DNA of 64,000 nucleotides from Octopus bimaculoides (Eukaryota), in assembly GCF_001194135.2 (NCBI RefSeq), contig NC_068981.1, positions 87,913,844 through 87,977,843 on the forward strand, in the 5' to 3' direction. Each line of letters begins with the position of its first letter. The stretch's first letter is position 1. A program made the position numbers and the translations under genes. Of the stretch, positions 63,006 to 64,000 are shown piece by piece. The notes under the pieces were generated by a model. That model was not told where the DNA came from. It worked only from the letters and a program-made list of their open reading frames with translations, and made no database searches.

Positions 63006-64000
63006 GTTTGTATTATTTTTCTTTGTTTTAGTAGTACATGTGTGATAAATAAGAGCTGCTTTTGCTGTTACTATTTGTTGCAGCTGTATATTGTCAAAAC
63101 GTATTATTTAAAACAGTATGAACAGTCTAATCATGACTGATGTTAAATACCATACTCATATGTTATGCTTGGCTCCTATTATGAGCTATGAAACACCAAA
63201 AAAATATTGTATGTATAATGCGTACTTATTTTGTGATGTATAGAAAAAGAAGTGTTTAGTTACATTTATTGTAGTTTCTAAGATATACTGGAAAAATCTG
63301 TGTTCTCAAAGTAGTAAGCAAATTAGAAAATGACCTTTGGATAAAGTGTATCTGGTCTGAAGTCAACCTGTGAAAAGTCAGTGTGGGAAAGATGAAAAAT
63401 ACATAATGCATGTTAACACTTCCATTATCAAATTGGTTCATTCTATCAATGAAAATATAATGAGAGTGACAGTTCATTATAAGAATTACAGTATTTCAAG
63501 AAGAAAAAAAAAATTTTTTTTCACTTTATTATTTCTTTAATGACATTATCTTTTTAGTATCCTTATTGATAAATCTTGACATTGAATAGCTCAGATAGGA
63601 TTTTTGGTAATGGAAGTATTATTTTCCAACTTTCTGTATTGAAAGTTGTTGGCAGTAATTCTGCAAGGTGTGCATCTACTAGCTGTTTTGAACAGGCAAA
63701 GGGTTAAATTTTGTACATATAACACTTCAAATATGAATGCCAAATTTCTTGCTTTTTATATTAAAATAATTGATATTTATTCACTTGGTGCTTGAACTAA
63801 GTTCTCTCTCTAACACACATTTCTCAACATTATTGTGCCTCCTTAGTCAAAGTCTGTATAGCACATCTTATTTTGCTGTAGATGGTGAGGTGTGACTTGA
63901 GTTGCTCTTTGTGGCAGGTCAAGCAATCACATAGATCATTATTTAAAAACGTTACAAGTGTAAATGAAATGTATTTTTCTATATTTTTGAAAAATCCTTT

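Noticed and set aside
63006-64000. Next TTLL4 exon (expected W-x-LxxLW)
   Set aside because: No acceptor followed by a matching phase-2 frame found; presumably beyond the window.

Overview
AT-rich eukaryotic genomic DNA with six N-gaps and dense SINE, microsatellite and LINE relics. The repeat repertoire and gene content look like a coleoid cephalopod (Octopus-type) assembly; this is inferred from recalled repeat families, not a database search. Two + strand protein-coding genes are partly contained. (1) The last five coding exons of a KDM6/UTX H3K27 demethylase (1040-9364): JmjC with intact H-x-E...H iron ligands, a 4-Cys zinc domain and a polyQ/polyS tail. (2) The 5' half of a TTLL4-type tubulin glutamylase: putative promoter and non-coding exon ~43640-43783, nine coding exons 47623-63005, continuing past the window. 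All consecutive GT-AG intron phases match in both genes. Between them lie a ~7 kb TE-free tract, then nested SINEs, Helitrons, palindromic MITE-like elements and Penelope-like element (PLE) relics with hammerhead-like motifs. A full-length but disabled 5149-bp Tx1/L1-clade LINE with a 24-bp TSD sits just upstream of the TTLL4 promoter. Best leads: (a) the LINE's last 30 nt match (28/30) the tail of a TSD-flanked tRNA-derived SINE in the window, a candidate SINE/LINE partnership; (b) a PLE terminal repeat apparently combining tRNA-like A/B boxes with a hammerhead; (c) a tandem pair of variant-core minimal hammerheads; (d) a uORF whose stop overlaps the TTLL4 ATG; (e) a splice donor overlapping the UTX stop plus a phase-compatible Cys/His-rich 81-nt candidate exon.
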